A stretch of DNA of 64,000 nucleotides, taken from positions 99,262,001 to 99,326,000 of the forward strand of contig OZ024742.1 of assembly GCA_964016885.1 (NCBI GenBank), written 5' to 3'. The translations under genes and the position numbers were made by a program. The stretch comes from Eledone cirrhosa. Its lineage: Eukaryota. The stretch's first letter is position 1. The number at the start of each line of letters is the position of its first letter. Of this stretch, positions 1 to 12,098 are shown piece after piece. The notes below the pieces were generated by a model, which was given only the letters and a program-made list of their open reading frames with translations, had not been told where the DNA came from and did not search any database.

Positions 1-800
1 AACTTGACTATCCATGACCTGATTGTGTCCCCTGGAACCCCCGACGCCCGACTTAGAGCTGAACAACGCACCATCTTCCAATTATAGACAGACATGCACC
101 CCCGACCCCACCTCGGTTTCAGCTCTCCACGTTTCTTCTTTTATCCCCCGACTGACTGCTTCTCTCACCCACATATACCTGCCTGTATACACATCTATTA
201 CCCTCACGCACACATAGTAGTACCAATATCTCTCTCACCCACCAACCTCTCTTTTGCAGGCATCACCTCCTCCTCTCCCTATCACTCACTACCCTGCCAT
301 AATCACCCTCTCCACCCTCTCCTCCCACTCATTCGACTTGAACATTTCCGGTTGCGCACGTCGCACTACCATTTCACTTCCTCATCGCCATTCACATACA
401 CATACTGTCGCTTTCTCCCAGACTCTCACGCTTGCATGCACATATACACATGATCAGTTACCTCTACACATACACGCACAGAACTTACTTTCTGCGATCC
501 CACCTCTTACACACTACCACACTCTTGCCATCCCAGATCCGTACAACCATTCCACCACTTCAGTTTCACTTTGTTTTAATTCGGTTTTTATTTATTTTGG
601 CTTTGATGTTTATTTTTATCTCTCTTTTTCCCGTCCTTTCATGTTTTACCTATTTTTAAGCTCATTTGCTCTCGGATTTCCTCCCTACTTCCCTGATGGA
701 GGGCTTATGTCCGAAACGTCGTGTACCGACTCCACTGTCACCAAGCGTGAGCTAATAACACTATGTACCATTGACTCCGACTTTTGTTTGTCCTTTTGAA
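1..800 (+). mobile_element. 3' end remnant of a Penelope-like element (Neptune-like): GIY-YIG C-terminus, 3' UTR, degenerate HHR
   Basis: A frame at ~50-105 reads DLELEQRTIFQL*TDMHP, like the PLE endonuclease tail (E..LIFQLGTL.P). CTGATGGA-GGGCTTATGTCC-GAAACGTC lies at 693-720, and the element ends at (TA)n at 802. Confidence 0.5.
690..722 (+). ncRNA. Degenerate minimal hammerhead ribozyme
   Basis: CTGATGG(A), stem II GGGC/GTCC, GAAA, palindromic ACGT, then C. Stem I pairing is poor. Confidence 0.4.
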
Positions 801-870
<70 letters not shown>

Positions 871-873
<3 letters not shown>

Positions 874-1440
874 TTTTATTGACCGATTAATCGCTTAAGT
901 TTATTTTAAAAACAACTCGGTAGAGAGCTTATTCGTTTTGTGCGGTTTTTGCAAATGTTTGCAATAACTACACATGCTGAATTCCCTCGCCAATAGGGGT
1001 TTTCTCCCCTTAGAATCTCACATGTGCTTTCACAACCTGAGAGATTCCGCCGAAAAATGATGAACAAAAACCCGTTGAGAAAGTGATGCCTTGTTCGATC
1101 ATTATACCAAAAGCTTATTTTTATTTGTATAAGCAGACAGTATTATTGATTTAGGTGTTGCAGAAACCCAAATTTCGGAGTATTATATCTTCCCCGAGGG
1201 TCCGGGTAACTATTTCAATCATATCTCATTTTGTTTGACACGTTTAGCTTGTTCGCTTTTTTGGCTATGGTGGCTATGGCTTCTTAACCATCGTCTCAGC
1301 GTGTATGACCATTTTAACTTATGTTTATAGCTCTGCTATCCTCTTCATATGCATGGAGCGCTTGTCTGCACATTATTGAAGTTGCGTTTCGCTAATTTCT
1401 ACCCGCTGAAATGCGATTCACGCTAAATTATATCTGTGTA
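871..1440. repeat. Unclassified interspersed repeat between (TA)n runs
   Basis: 1230-1430 is homologous, as reverse complement, to 2780-2850 and 2885-3030. Confidence 0.6.
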
Positions 1441-1460
1441 TATATATATATATATATATA

Positions 1461-1618
1461 TAGTTATGTAATAAACAACATAAGATAATTATTTCATTTA
1501 CCAGTGGTTTCTTGAAAGCAGATATATCTGTTTTCAGTCGTCAGAATGAATAAAACATGGTGTTTTTATTAAATATGGTAAATGAAATAATTATCTTATG
1601 CTGTTTATTACATAACTA
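1461..1618. repeat. Fold-back element with ~42-bp inverted arms containing an HHR
   Basis: 1461-1503 TAGTTATGTAATAAACAACATAAGATAATTATTTCATTTACCA is inverted at 1577-1618. Confidence 0.9.
1493..1550 (-). ncRNA. Minimal type I hammerhead ribozyme, intact core
   Basis: Minus strand: TTCATT CTGACGA c-TGAAAACAGAT-AT-ATCTGCTTTCA-a GAAA CCACTGG TA AATGAA. 6-bp stem I, GUA cleavage triplet. Confidence 0.85.
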
Positions 1619-1681
1619 ATAAGCTCTGTAGCCTACATAGAGCACTCTTTTTTCATGTACCTTTCCGACGGAATTACTTCA

Positions 1682-1731
<50 letters not shown>

Positions 1732-2480
1732 CATATATATATATTTATATATATATATATACATATATATATATAGAGAGAGAAACGGGGAGAGAGAAAG
1801 CGAGGGAGATAGGGAGAAAGAGAGAGAGAAGGGGAGACAAAGAATAGTATGTAAAAAATACGTTCCAATGCACTATAATATGACAAATACATCGAATCTT
1901 TAATATTTAGAGCGACTACGTTATCGATTACACCAAATTGATCATGCTGTATTGTTGTATTAAAATAGGTTACACTTATATATGTTTACTTTAGGAAAAT
2001 GAGGAAAGTATCGCCAATAGCAAATATCTTTGAACCAGCTATCAAACGTGACAACTGGAGGTTTGAAGTTTGGCATGTACTTCCTTGATCGATTATCCCA
2101 CTGAAAAGATAGCCACGGGAAATATCCTTGGAAAGTATATAATGTGCGGTCAGCGCTCAGAAATGTGGGGAGATTTAACTATTTGTGATGAAACCGTAAT
2201 GATTTTTTTTTTCTTAAATTTTATATTAAGTATGTATGGACTTGTATCTCCTGCCGAATTAGAATAGGCGCCATATTAACATATCCTTAGGCGTTTAATC
2301 CGGAGGGAGCCCATCCTTCTCCTGCAGGCTGTCGATTTCTTCCAGAGAGGAACTGGAAAAACTGAAGATGAAGAATCGAACAACTACCACGTTAGTACAT
2401 TTTTCAACTATAACGAAAATATGAAGAGCACTGTTGACATCGGTGAGTTTAGAAACCCTTAGTGCAGAGAGTGGCAATAA

Positions 2481-2693
2481 ATAATGGTTTCCTTGATAGG
2501 CACAAGGCCAGTTATTGGGGGGGGGGTCGATTAAATCGACCCCTGTGCATGACTGGTTCTTTATTTTATCGACCCCGTACGGATGAAAGGCAAAGTTAAC
2601 CTCGGCGGGATTTGAACTCAGAATGGAAAGGGTCGTAACTCTATGCGGCAAAGCATGGCGTCCGACCCTCTACTGATACTGCCAATCCACACC
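2481..2693 (-). mobile_element. tRNA-derived SINE, family 1 (Meta-like core), full length
   Basis: A box TGGCAGTATCAG, B box GAGTTCAAATCC, core GTTAACTTTGCCTTTCATCC...GGGGTCGATAAAATAAAG. Many copies in the window. Confidence 0.9.
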
Positions 2694-2779
2694 ATGAGAG
2701 TTGCAATAAATTATACAAAGGGTTTTTCCGGCGCTCTAACTACACTGTCAATTAGGCCGCTAGATTTATATTATAGCAT

Positions 2780-3132
<353 letters not shown>

Positions 3133-3458
3133 CATACATAAACGTGTTTTGCAACGGGTCACTTTGTGGCTCAATGAAAAGATAATAAATTAAATAATCA
3201 GAGCTATATATCATAAAACATGTCTATAGAATCACCAGATGAAATATATATAATTTCCTCTCCCAATTAGCATAATTAACTATATAAAAAATCGAATAGA
3301 CCAGGCTATAAGAATAAGGCTTCTATGAAGAAATCTCCTACAAATAACCGAAACTAGCCCTTCGCGTCAGCCGCGACGGAATATTTATCGAATATTTCGA
3401 CAGCGTAATCGCCCAGATACAGTCAATTAAACAGAATTAGGTGTAAAATAAACTAGGA

Positions 3459-3489
<31 letters not shown>

Positions 3490-3496
3490 GAACGTT

Positions 3497-3899
3497 TGTA
3501 TGTGTATAATAAAGCCAAAACAATGCAGGTATGGACATAGAAAAAAGAATGCAAATGCAAAAGATATTGTTGACAATTAGTCTTTTACCTTAGATTTTTA
3601 AAATGTCCTTAATTTTCGAGATAATATCTCTTCTTCGGAGGGAAGCAAAGCGGTTAAACCAGTGTTCTAAATATCTTGCCAATTCATGCTGACCATTTCC
3701 TGTCAGTATGAATTGGCAAGCTATTTAGAACACTGGCTTAACCGCTTTACTTCCCTCCGAAGAAGAGATATTATCTCGAAAATTAAGGACATTTAAATAA
3801 ACTAAGGTAAAAGACTAATTTGTCAACAATATCTTTTGCATTTGCATTCTTTATTCTACATCCATACCTGCATTGTTTTGGCTTTATTATACATATACA
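3497..3899. repeat. ~400-bp fold-back palindrome with an HHR-like motif in each arm
   Basis: Arms 3497-3693 and 3702-3899, 8-nt loop CATTTCCT, scattered mismatches between arms. Confidence 0.95.
3754..3788 (+). ncRNA. Variant minimal hammerhead (CCGAAGA core); mirror copy on the minus strand at ~3607-3641
   Basis: CCT CCGAAGA a-GAGATA-T-TATCTC GAAA AT TA AGG. Confidence 0.55.
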
Positions 3900-4015
3900 C
3901 ACTTTTATACCTCATTACACAATGCTTCAAGTGAACTATAACTTCCTCCATATATATATATATACATGTGTGTGTAATGCATATATGTGTATATGTATAT
4001 ATATATACATATCTG

Positions 4016-4090
<75 letters not shown>

Positions 4091-4182
4091 AGTGTAACTT
4101 AGAGCTACTGCAGGTTCACCCGGGTGAGCACTCGATGTTTAATTTCACTTCTGTGTCGAGGTGAAGAGCAATACAAAGTGTA

Positions 4183-4339
4183 ATATATTGAAAGGATAAC
4201 AAGACGATTGGTTACTCCTTCATTACATTTATTGGTAGGTGACGCGAGTTTCGCCACTGATCAGTGGCAAAACGCACGTCACCTACCAATAAATGTATTG
4301 AAAGAGTAACCAATCGTCCTTGTTATCCTTTCAATATAT
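4183..4339. repeat. Fold-back palindrome centred on GCCACTGATCAGTGGC; each arm carries the 3' half of an HHR
   Basis: Arms 4183-4260 and 4261-4339. Minus strand reads GTGGC GAAA CTCGCG TC ACCTACC. Confidence 0.9.
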
Positions 4340-5122
4340 ATAGTGTTAACATCTGTGTCTGCATTTGATGTCTATGAGGAGGGTGGGGGAACTAAGAAAG
4401 AAATGAGAGATAGAGTGCTGTAGAAAGGTGAAGTGGTGCTTTAGCCTGATTTTATATGCATCTTTCAATTAGGAATATATTGCACAGATCAAGTTCAACA
4501 CAACATGCAATCACACCCGCCTCCGCAATGTTCCTGTGCAGAAGTTGTTTAGAAGTAAATCTATTTGATGTATATCAAATCACACTGTAACAGACACCAT
4601 GACACCACTACTGGCACGCATATGTAAGCCACATGCGTATATAGATAGATACATGTTATTATACGTGTAACACCCCTCTCATCTACTTTATAAATTAATA
4701 CACCAATTGAACTAAGATATAGCCACACTATTCACACGAATCTCTTCCTGTCACTTCACTCCCGTACCATTTTGTCCTCTGTTGACTTTGCCTCAATACA
4801 CTCCCTCTATCAATGTATGACATGTACTTCACCGTACACATCAGTGCATCATTACCTCTTTCTCCACAAATTGTGTTACATCTTTAGATATACACCCTGG
4901 CACTTCATTCATGCAATATGTGATCACATAAATATAATCAGTCATACCCCCCATCCTTTATCCTTGTAACTCTACACCTTTCTTCATACACACGTTATAT
5001 CTATCATTCTAGCTATACATATATATAAATATATATATATATTTATTTATCTAACTCACTCTCTCTCTCTCTTTCTCTCTGTATATATATGTATATAAAT
5101 ATATATATATAAATATATATGA

Positions 5123-5210
<88 letters not shown>

Positions 5211-6745
5211 TGGTTTATAAAGCTCGTAGAAGAGATACGGTACAGTTTCGGCAGTCTTTTACAAATACCATATATTAGATCTAGTAATTTAGTAATCGTC
5301 GAATTTACGACTATGACAATTATGATTCGTAAACCGCTGTTCCAAATACTATGCAACCCGTAGGTACAACCATCTATCTTCTGAGTTAAAATTCCTTTCT
5401 CTTAGTAATTGTACTTTTCTTTTGTCTATTTTTCGTCCTTCTATTACACTGTTTAGGTTCTGAGTTGAAATCTCGATGCCGGAATGAAAATTACCATCTA
5501 TTGTTTCATTTCCGTGTTCAAACTCCCTTCAAAGAACTACTAGTCCAAGTAATATAACTAGACACGTGTAAGTTAGATATATTCCTCAACATCTTTCACC
5601 CTCAAATGTTGTGGACCTCTGCCAATATTAGAAATCAATAGTGTCACAACTATATGGTCATTCCTGATTTTGTCTTTGAAAGTGACAACTTATTCCACTA
5701 TCCTAATGTTTGCCATATTTCCATGATTGTTCTTTCAATTGACTTTTTTTGGCATATTGTATTTTCTCTTTCTGTCTATCTATGCTCCTCTCTCCTCTCT
5801 CCGCTCTTTCTTCCATTCTACCTCCCCATCTCTCTCTTTGTTGGATTCATCCAACTGGCGTCAGACAGATGAAGAAACATTGCAATACAGTCATTTAGGT
5901 TATCGTTGCTGTTATTGCCGTTGCACTTGTTGTATTCCTTATTGTTGTCTCTTTGCTCATATTATTTTTATTGTCGTTATTGTTACTGTTGTTCTTCTTC
6001 TTCTTGTAGTTTTGCTATTTTGTCCATCTCTAGTCATCAGCATAATTTCTACCTTTGTTTCACCATTCCCTGTCTGATCTGCTGCCAATGTCGTAAATAT
6101 TGGAAATATTTCATTCAATTCTTTTACAACCTTATTCCTTCCGTCTCTTATGATTTGATTTCATCTGATTTGATTTTTATCCACATATATATTAATTGCA
6201 TATCTGTCTGTTCTTTTAATATTTTGGCACTATCTTTTCTTATTATTATTATTTCTATTCTTCTGCTAGACATTTCTATTTCCAGATACGATGTTCTTTT
6301 CTTTTATTTTCTTCATCAAAGATGAAATGATTAGGCATTATATAAATTGTCTTTATATTCTTTGAAAAACTTGCAACGGGGCGAGTCTGTAGAGACAGTC
6401 AGTATATTGAAATAAAGTGCTGGACTGCCGGTTTACATCCTGCCATTGGTTTATTGCATTGTCTCTGTGCCAACATCACTTAAACACTCGCTGCTCTAAT
6501 GCATGTAGCGTATAAATGGGATGCAATATGGTGCAAGTTCTGAACCATAAACAGCAGGATCAATGTAACATCGGGTTTTTAGTTACGAAAGTAAAACAAA
6601 AAGATTAGATATAAAAGGTAAATCTATGCTGGATTTAAAGACGAGATCGATTATAAAAATGAGGATCAGGATCAGGTTTATGAAAATAATGATGGTAAGA
6701 ATTATAATGATCGTGATGTTGGAGGTCTGGTGATGACGGTGACGA

Positions 6746-6930
6746 TGAAGAAGAAGAAGAAGAAGAAGAAGAAGAAGAAGAAGAAGAAGAAGAAGAAGAA
6801 GAAGAAGAAGAAGAAGAAGAAGAAGAAGAAGAAGAAGAAGAAGAAGAAGAAGAAGAAGAAGAAGAAGATGAAGAAGAAGAAGAAGAAGAAGAAGAAGAAG
6901 AAGAAGAAGAAGAAGAAGAAGAAGAAGAAG
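6746..6930. repeat. (GAA)n microsatellite
   Basis: Near-perfect run of about 60 units. Confidence 0.99.
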
Positions 6931-8292
6931 AATTCCTCATAACAGACTGAAAATTAAAGAAGAATCGGCGTATTCCTAAGGACCCTCTTCTGCGTGTTTA
7001 GTTTTTTATTCATTTTATTCGAGATCTCTCATTTCCTAAACCCTCCACCCCTTTACAGATATATCCTACTATTTCCCTCTGCTATATTTTTTCATTTGTC
7101 CTGCTTTTCTTTCTTTCATCCTTTCTTAATTTTTCTTTTTCATCCTCCCATTTCTTTTTCCTGTTCCCATTCTTCATTTTCCTCTTCCTTCCCTCCCTTT
7201 CTTGTTAATATCTCCCTTCTTTATTATATATTTTACCATCTGCTTTCGTTATAATTTTTGCGCAGTTTTCCCCCCTTTGTATTTTTTTTATTTTTGGTTA
7301 AATTTATATTTTACAATTTGTTAGCCCTTTATTTTTTTTTTTCAGGGTTTTTTTCATTCCTGTTTAATTTGACTCGATTATTGTATTTATTGTATTCTAT
7401 TTTGTTTGTTTTGTTTCTTTTTTTATTGTTCCTGATACATTTTTTTATTTGAGGGTTCTCCTGAGTCTTTCTTTCATTCTTTTTGCTTTCCTTTCCTTTC
7501 CTCAACTACATTTCTTTGAAATTCGTTGCTCTATTTTTGTATGAGCCATTTGAAGGCTTCTTCCTGTTCTCATTCCCCCACGTCTCTACAAAAGCCAATC
7601 TTGCTGATAATGACGTCTTGTTTCCCGGAAACATTTGGTAGTTACTTAATATATCATTCTTAATTCTTCTTTTTCAAAATTTCTTTTCTTATTTATTCTT
7701 AAAAATTATTCTAACATTTTTACTTTTTCAAATTTTTCACCATCTATTTCTATTTCTCATTATAGTTTTCTGTCATTATTCTGTTTTGGTCCCCTCTGGG
7801 GTTTCGTTAACGGAGTTCAAATTCCAGGGTCCAGAGTCAACATTGCTTTCATAATCCCAGAGTAAATAACATGAAGCAATTCTAAATTACTGCGATCAAT
7901 ATATTCATCTTCAATTCTACCCCAAATTTGTTGGCATGTACAAATTGTAGGAAACAATATTTTTTATAGACATATATTTCAAATGTTAATATCGACTCCG
8001 AGTTTTCCTGTTCGACTAAGAAGCAGCATGCTCGTGAAATTAACACGCATTCCATATGCACATGTACAATTACCACAGATCTTAGGAGTATTTAGTGTGA
8101 CCCGGTGTGTGATAAGGCGGGTTCTTTGAATTATGAATTCAGCTAATTTTTTTTCCAGATACGTAGAATGGAGAACCCTTCGCTGAAGGCACAATTCACC
8201 GTCACGAATCGAATTCACACTTACACACACGTATACACACACACACATATACATATAATATATATACATGTATATATATATATATATACACA

Positions 8293-8341
<49 letters not shown>

Positions 8342-8488
8342 CAATGGATAGGAAGAAGTTGAACATTCAACAGGAGAGTAATTTACCATACCTTTATATG
8401 TTATCATAAATAAAACCCCTTAAAGACTTGAATTTCATTTTCAATATCTTTTACTGATGTTGAATATATTAAAAGGACGTTCCATTCG

Positions 8489-8530
<42 letters not shown>

Positions 8531-8538
8531 AATATATA

Positions 8539-9940
8539 TCCCTATCCGGGAAATGCCTCTCTAGTAGCATTGTCTACAAATGTAAGGTTGTAACACCCAC
8601 GTCCCGTAGGGCCTTCATAGGGTTAACCGCCAATAGATTCAAGCAGCGTTTTACATGCATACCCATTATTTTTGTTACCCTCTAAGAAGGAATATGACGT
8701 CACTTTCAGCTTATATCTGGAGTCTAAAAGACAACCACACCCAATATAAGTTACACTGGGAGATCCTAGCTAGGGCTAGATCGTATAACGGAAATAAAAG
8801 ACCATGTGACCTCTGCGCCGCTGAGGCACTGGAAATACTCTACGCCACAGACCACATCTTAAACAAAAAATCTGAGGCAATTTCGGCTTATAAACATAAA
8901 TTGCACAAAACTTTCCTGTATTACAGCCCCACATTATACCCTAACGGATAGTACGATCTATACGGGGATATTTTACGTCTTGATGTGGTAGCTAAGTATA
9001 TGTTTAGTTTATACCATTACTTATTTGCATAGGTAAGTATATATTACCTGTATGTTTTGTGAAGGTACGTATACTTTCTCGTACGTATATTTGATTGTAT
9101 ATGTTATGGGGTATATGTTATATATTCTGGTAATATGCTTTTGGTTATTTGTATACGTGAGTTTTGCATCTGTGTGAGTATACGGGTCCGTACGTATGTA
9201 GGGTGTGTGTATATGTGTACTTCGTGTTTTGGTTGACGTTCGTCTCCGAACATATGTGTATTTACATGTAGGTATGTGTGTGCGCCTGTTATATACGTAT
9301 TTATTTATTTATATACGTTTATTTAATTATTTGTATACACGCACACACACACATATTTATATGTGCGTGTATTTGTATACCTATGGCGAGTGTTTTCGCG
9401 TATGCTTGTACGTATATGGATGCGTGTATGTATTTATTTAATTTCAATTACCTCTGTATTTTATTTACTTTATTCTTAACTCTGAAGCCGAGAATCATTC
9501 GGTTTCCTAGTAAGAATTTTAGTCTACGACTTCACTTATACCATTTACGTGGTTTTGTCTTTGCGTGAAATTGTTCTCCACGCTTCACATATGACGTATT
9601 ATGTTCGTTTTCCGTTCATTGCCAGAGAACGTCTCTATGTACCACCTAAGAGAATATTAGTCTACGGCTTCTTTTATACAATAAACGTGGTTTTGTCTTT
9701 GTGTGTAATTGTTTTTCACCGCTCCAAATAATGACGTATTATATTCGTTTTATCCCGTTCTTTGCCAGGGAACGTTTCCACGATCCAACGTATCGTCTTC
9801 CTGTTTTCCTGCGGTTGCAACGCTTTTTGAAATATTAATTTCTGCGTTCACAGATTGATTTGTTAGTTTTAGAAGATCCTGTTAAGGGTGAAAGCAGCGA
9901 TTCTTTGCTTAAACTTTAATCTTTTATTTTAATAAATGTA
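8539..9940 (+). mobile_element. 5'-truncated Naiad-type Penelope-like element (family A): GIY-YIG endonuclease pseudogene plus long 3' UTR
   Basis: Reads LSGKCLSSSIVYKCKV...FIGLTANRFKQR, then a frameshift, then LSAYIWSLK...WEIL...CDLC..E...LNKKSEAIS. Flanked by (TA)n. Second copy at 23670-25078. Confidence 0.85.
9520..9790 (+). repeat. ~139-bp tandem duplication inside the PLE 3' UTR
   Basis: TTAGTCTACG...CGTGGTTTTGTCTTTG...ATGACGTATTAT...GCCAG.GAACGT occurs twice. The same duplication is at 24658-24925. Confidence 0.8.
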
Positions 9941-9944
9941 TATC

Positions 9945-9981
<37 letters not shown>

Positions 9982-10004
9982 TTATTAAAATATATATATA
10001 TATA

Positions 10005-10560
10005 TATAAATGAATAAACAAGAGAGATGAACACTAATATAAACATACATGTGTTCCATTTGTAAAGACCAGTTTTGCTAGGGTGAAAAAATACTAACTG
10101 CAGCAATGTGGTTTGTCAGACTTCATTTTAAGTAGTAAATTAAAATAACAGACCTATATTGGGCAAAATGCCTGGTAACAACTAAACAGTTTTGGGAACT
10201 GTTCCGCAATATGTTATCATGTGAAGTCCACGTTTTGCCCTGCTCCTCAGTAGTTGTTGAGAAATTAATGATCCTTTCACTTCTAAAAATATTAGAAGAC
10301 TGGAAATTGTGCTATAAGACTTATACCACGTGTCTTCGGAACCCAGCTTGACTCGAAATCCCATGCCGCTAAAAATAGCATCCCGGTTAACAAGACATTA
10401 GCTCTACATGACGGAGCCGACAAATATATAGTGAGTTAGAAACTCAGAGTAGTCTCTTACAATTAAATAGCTCTAAGAAAAAAGCATTTCCGAGCCGCGT
10501 AATATAAATGATTCTTAGAGCTATTTAATTGTAAGAGACTAATCTGAGTTTCTAACTCAC

Positions 10561-10566
<6 letters not shown>
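10005..10566 (-). mobile_element. Diverged member of the ~500-nt HHR unit family, with a terminal fold-back
   Basis: Collinear with the unit at 20180-20850 (e.g. GACGGAGCCGA, AGTCTCTTACAAT.AAATAGCTCTAAGAAA, GGTGAAAA.ATACTAACT). Inverted arms at 10426-10479 and 10512-10566. Confidence 0.8.
10179..10256 (-). ncRNA. Type I hammerhead, mutated core (GGAA)
   Basis: CAACTA CTGAGGA GCA..TGC GGAA CAG-ttcccaaaa-CTG TT TAGTTG. Confidence 0.75.
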
Positions 10567-10611
<45 letters not shown>

Positions 10612-10750
10612 TTTTTTTTTTTTTGTTGATATATTAGGGAATGGACATGGTGCCAGTATTGCCAATGAAAATTACACACACACCCTATGATTTTTACCTT
10701 TTCACTTTATATTTAATACTAGTTATTGGTTAGTTTGTCATATTATATAA

Positions 10751-10840
<90 letters not shown>

Positions 10841-10841
<1 letters not shown>

Positions 10842-10936
10842 GAAGTGGTTACACAACAGTTAGTTCACCATACAGAGAACAATTGTTTCACCTTAGCGGA
10901 TCCTCAGCTCGTAATTACGAACTGAGAATCCGCTCA
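10841..10936 (-). mobile_element. Solo 3' terminus of Naiad family B with HHR and a short fold-back
   Basis: Matches 54303-54373. HHR at 10875-10910: GAG CTGAGGA TCCGCTAAGGT GAAA CAATTG TT CTC. Hairpin centred on GTAATTAC. Confidence 0.85.
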
Positions 10937-11130
10937 GTATATACTACAATTTCAATAAATATTCCAACGACATACGTTTTCTCATTTTTTAATATCAAAT
11001 ATCATCCATAATATAAAACTTTCACGATATGTTGGATTTATATTCTATCAACGATTTCAAGAAGCATGTGAGTAACGGTCAAATAAATTTTACATTTGTT
11101 TATTATGTAAATATTCAATTATTAATGAAT

Positions 11131-11221
<91 letters not shown>

Positions 11222-11329
11222 AACTTAAACGGAAATAACAACACAATCGTTATAGTGTATGGAAGGAATATATTAGTTTAACGTTTGAAATAGCAGGTAG
11301 AGGATCTGAACACCAGAGGGCATAGACAA

Positions 11330-11870
11330 AGTGGGTCCAGGTGAAGGAGTGGCGAATACTGAATGAACAGTTGGTACCTGTGAGAATGGTGAGGTTGGTA
11401 ATGAAAGGACAGGTGTTATAACGGGGACGCGAACAAGGATGAGAGCCGGGTGGAGTCGTAGGAGAGGAAGAGAAGGAACTGCTAGCAGGAGGTCGCGGAG
11501 TTTACGGGTTCGCTTAAATGCGGTGATAGGTGGGTTAGGAAAAAAGCGAGAAGTGACAGGGTCAGAAGAGTTGGTGTGGAAGGAACGGAGAATATGTTAC
11601 CGGAGAGGCAGGGTGATGGGGTGGTAGTTGAGAGGGAAAGGAAGGTTTTGGGAGGGCACTGATGGAGTGAGAGGGCTGTTCTACGGTCGGTTTCACGCGC
11701 AAAGGTGAGAGCAGCTTAGATCAGGGTGGGGGATATCCACGCTGGAAGAAGGGGAAGGCGATTGAATGGAATGGGTTTCGGAATCGTGGTCCTGGCTGGA
11801 GATCCAACGTAGACGGAGGAATTGTGAGTAGGTTATAGAGAGGTTAGTGTGGGTTGGATGGGAATATATA
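11330..11870 (-). pseudogene. Neptune-type PLE fragment (RT thumb and Cys-rich linker)
   Basis: SITYSQFLRLRWISS; YHPITLPLR*HILRSF...DPVTSRFFPNPPITAFKRTRKLRDLL; PGSHPCSRPRYNTCPFI...FSIRHSFT. Confidence 0.8.
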
Positions 11871-11932
11871 TATATGTGAGTCCCGGGTTCAATCGGGATT
11901 AACCACACTAAGTAGTGTACTCAATACAACCA

Positions 11933-12064
11933 ATTTAATATACAAATGGCTTCTACAGGACTAGACTGTTTCATTCGGAGGAAATCATTAAATCATCAGG
12001 GCTTACCCAATACTTTCTTTCCTAATGAAACAGTTATAGTCCTGTATTAGCTATTTCTATATTA

Positions 12065-12067
<3 letters not shown>
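11933..12067. repeat. Fold-back element with HHR-like core boxes on the minus strand
   Basis: Arms ~11933-11975 and 12024-12067. Minus strand has CTGATGA...GAAACAGTC, but stem I is not evident. Confidence 0.65.
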
Positions 12068-12097
<30 letters not shown>

Positions 12098-12098
<1 letters not shown>

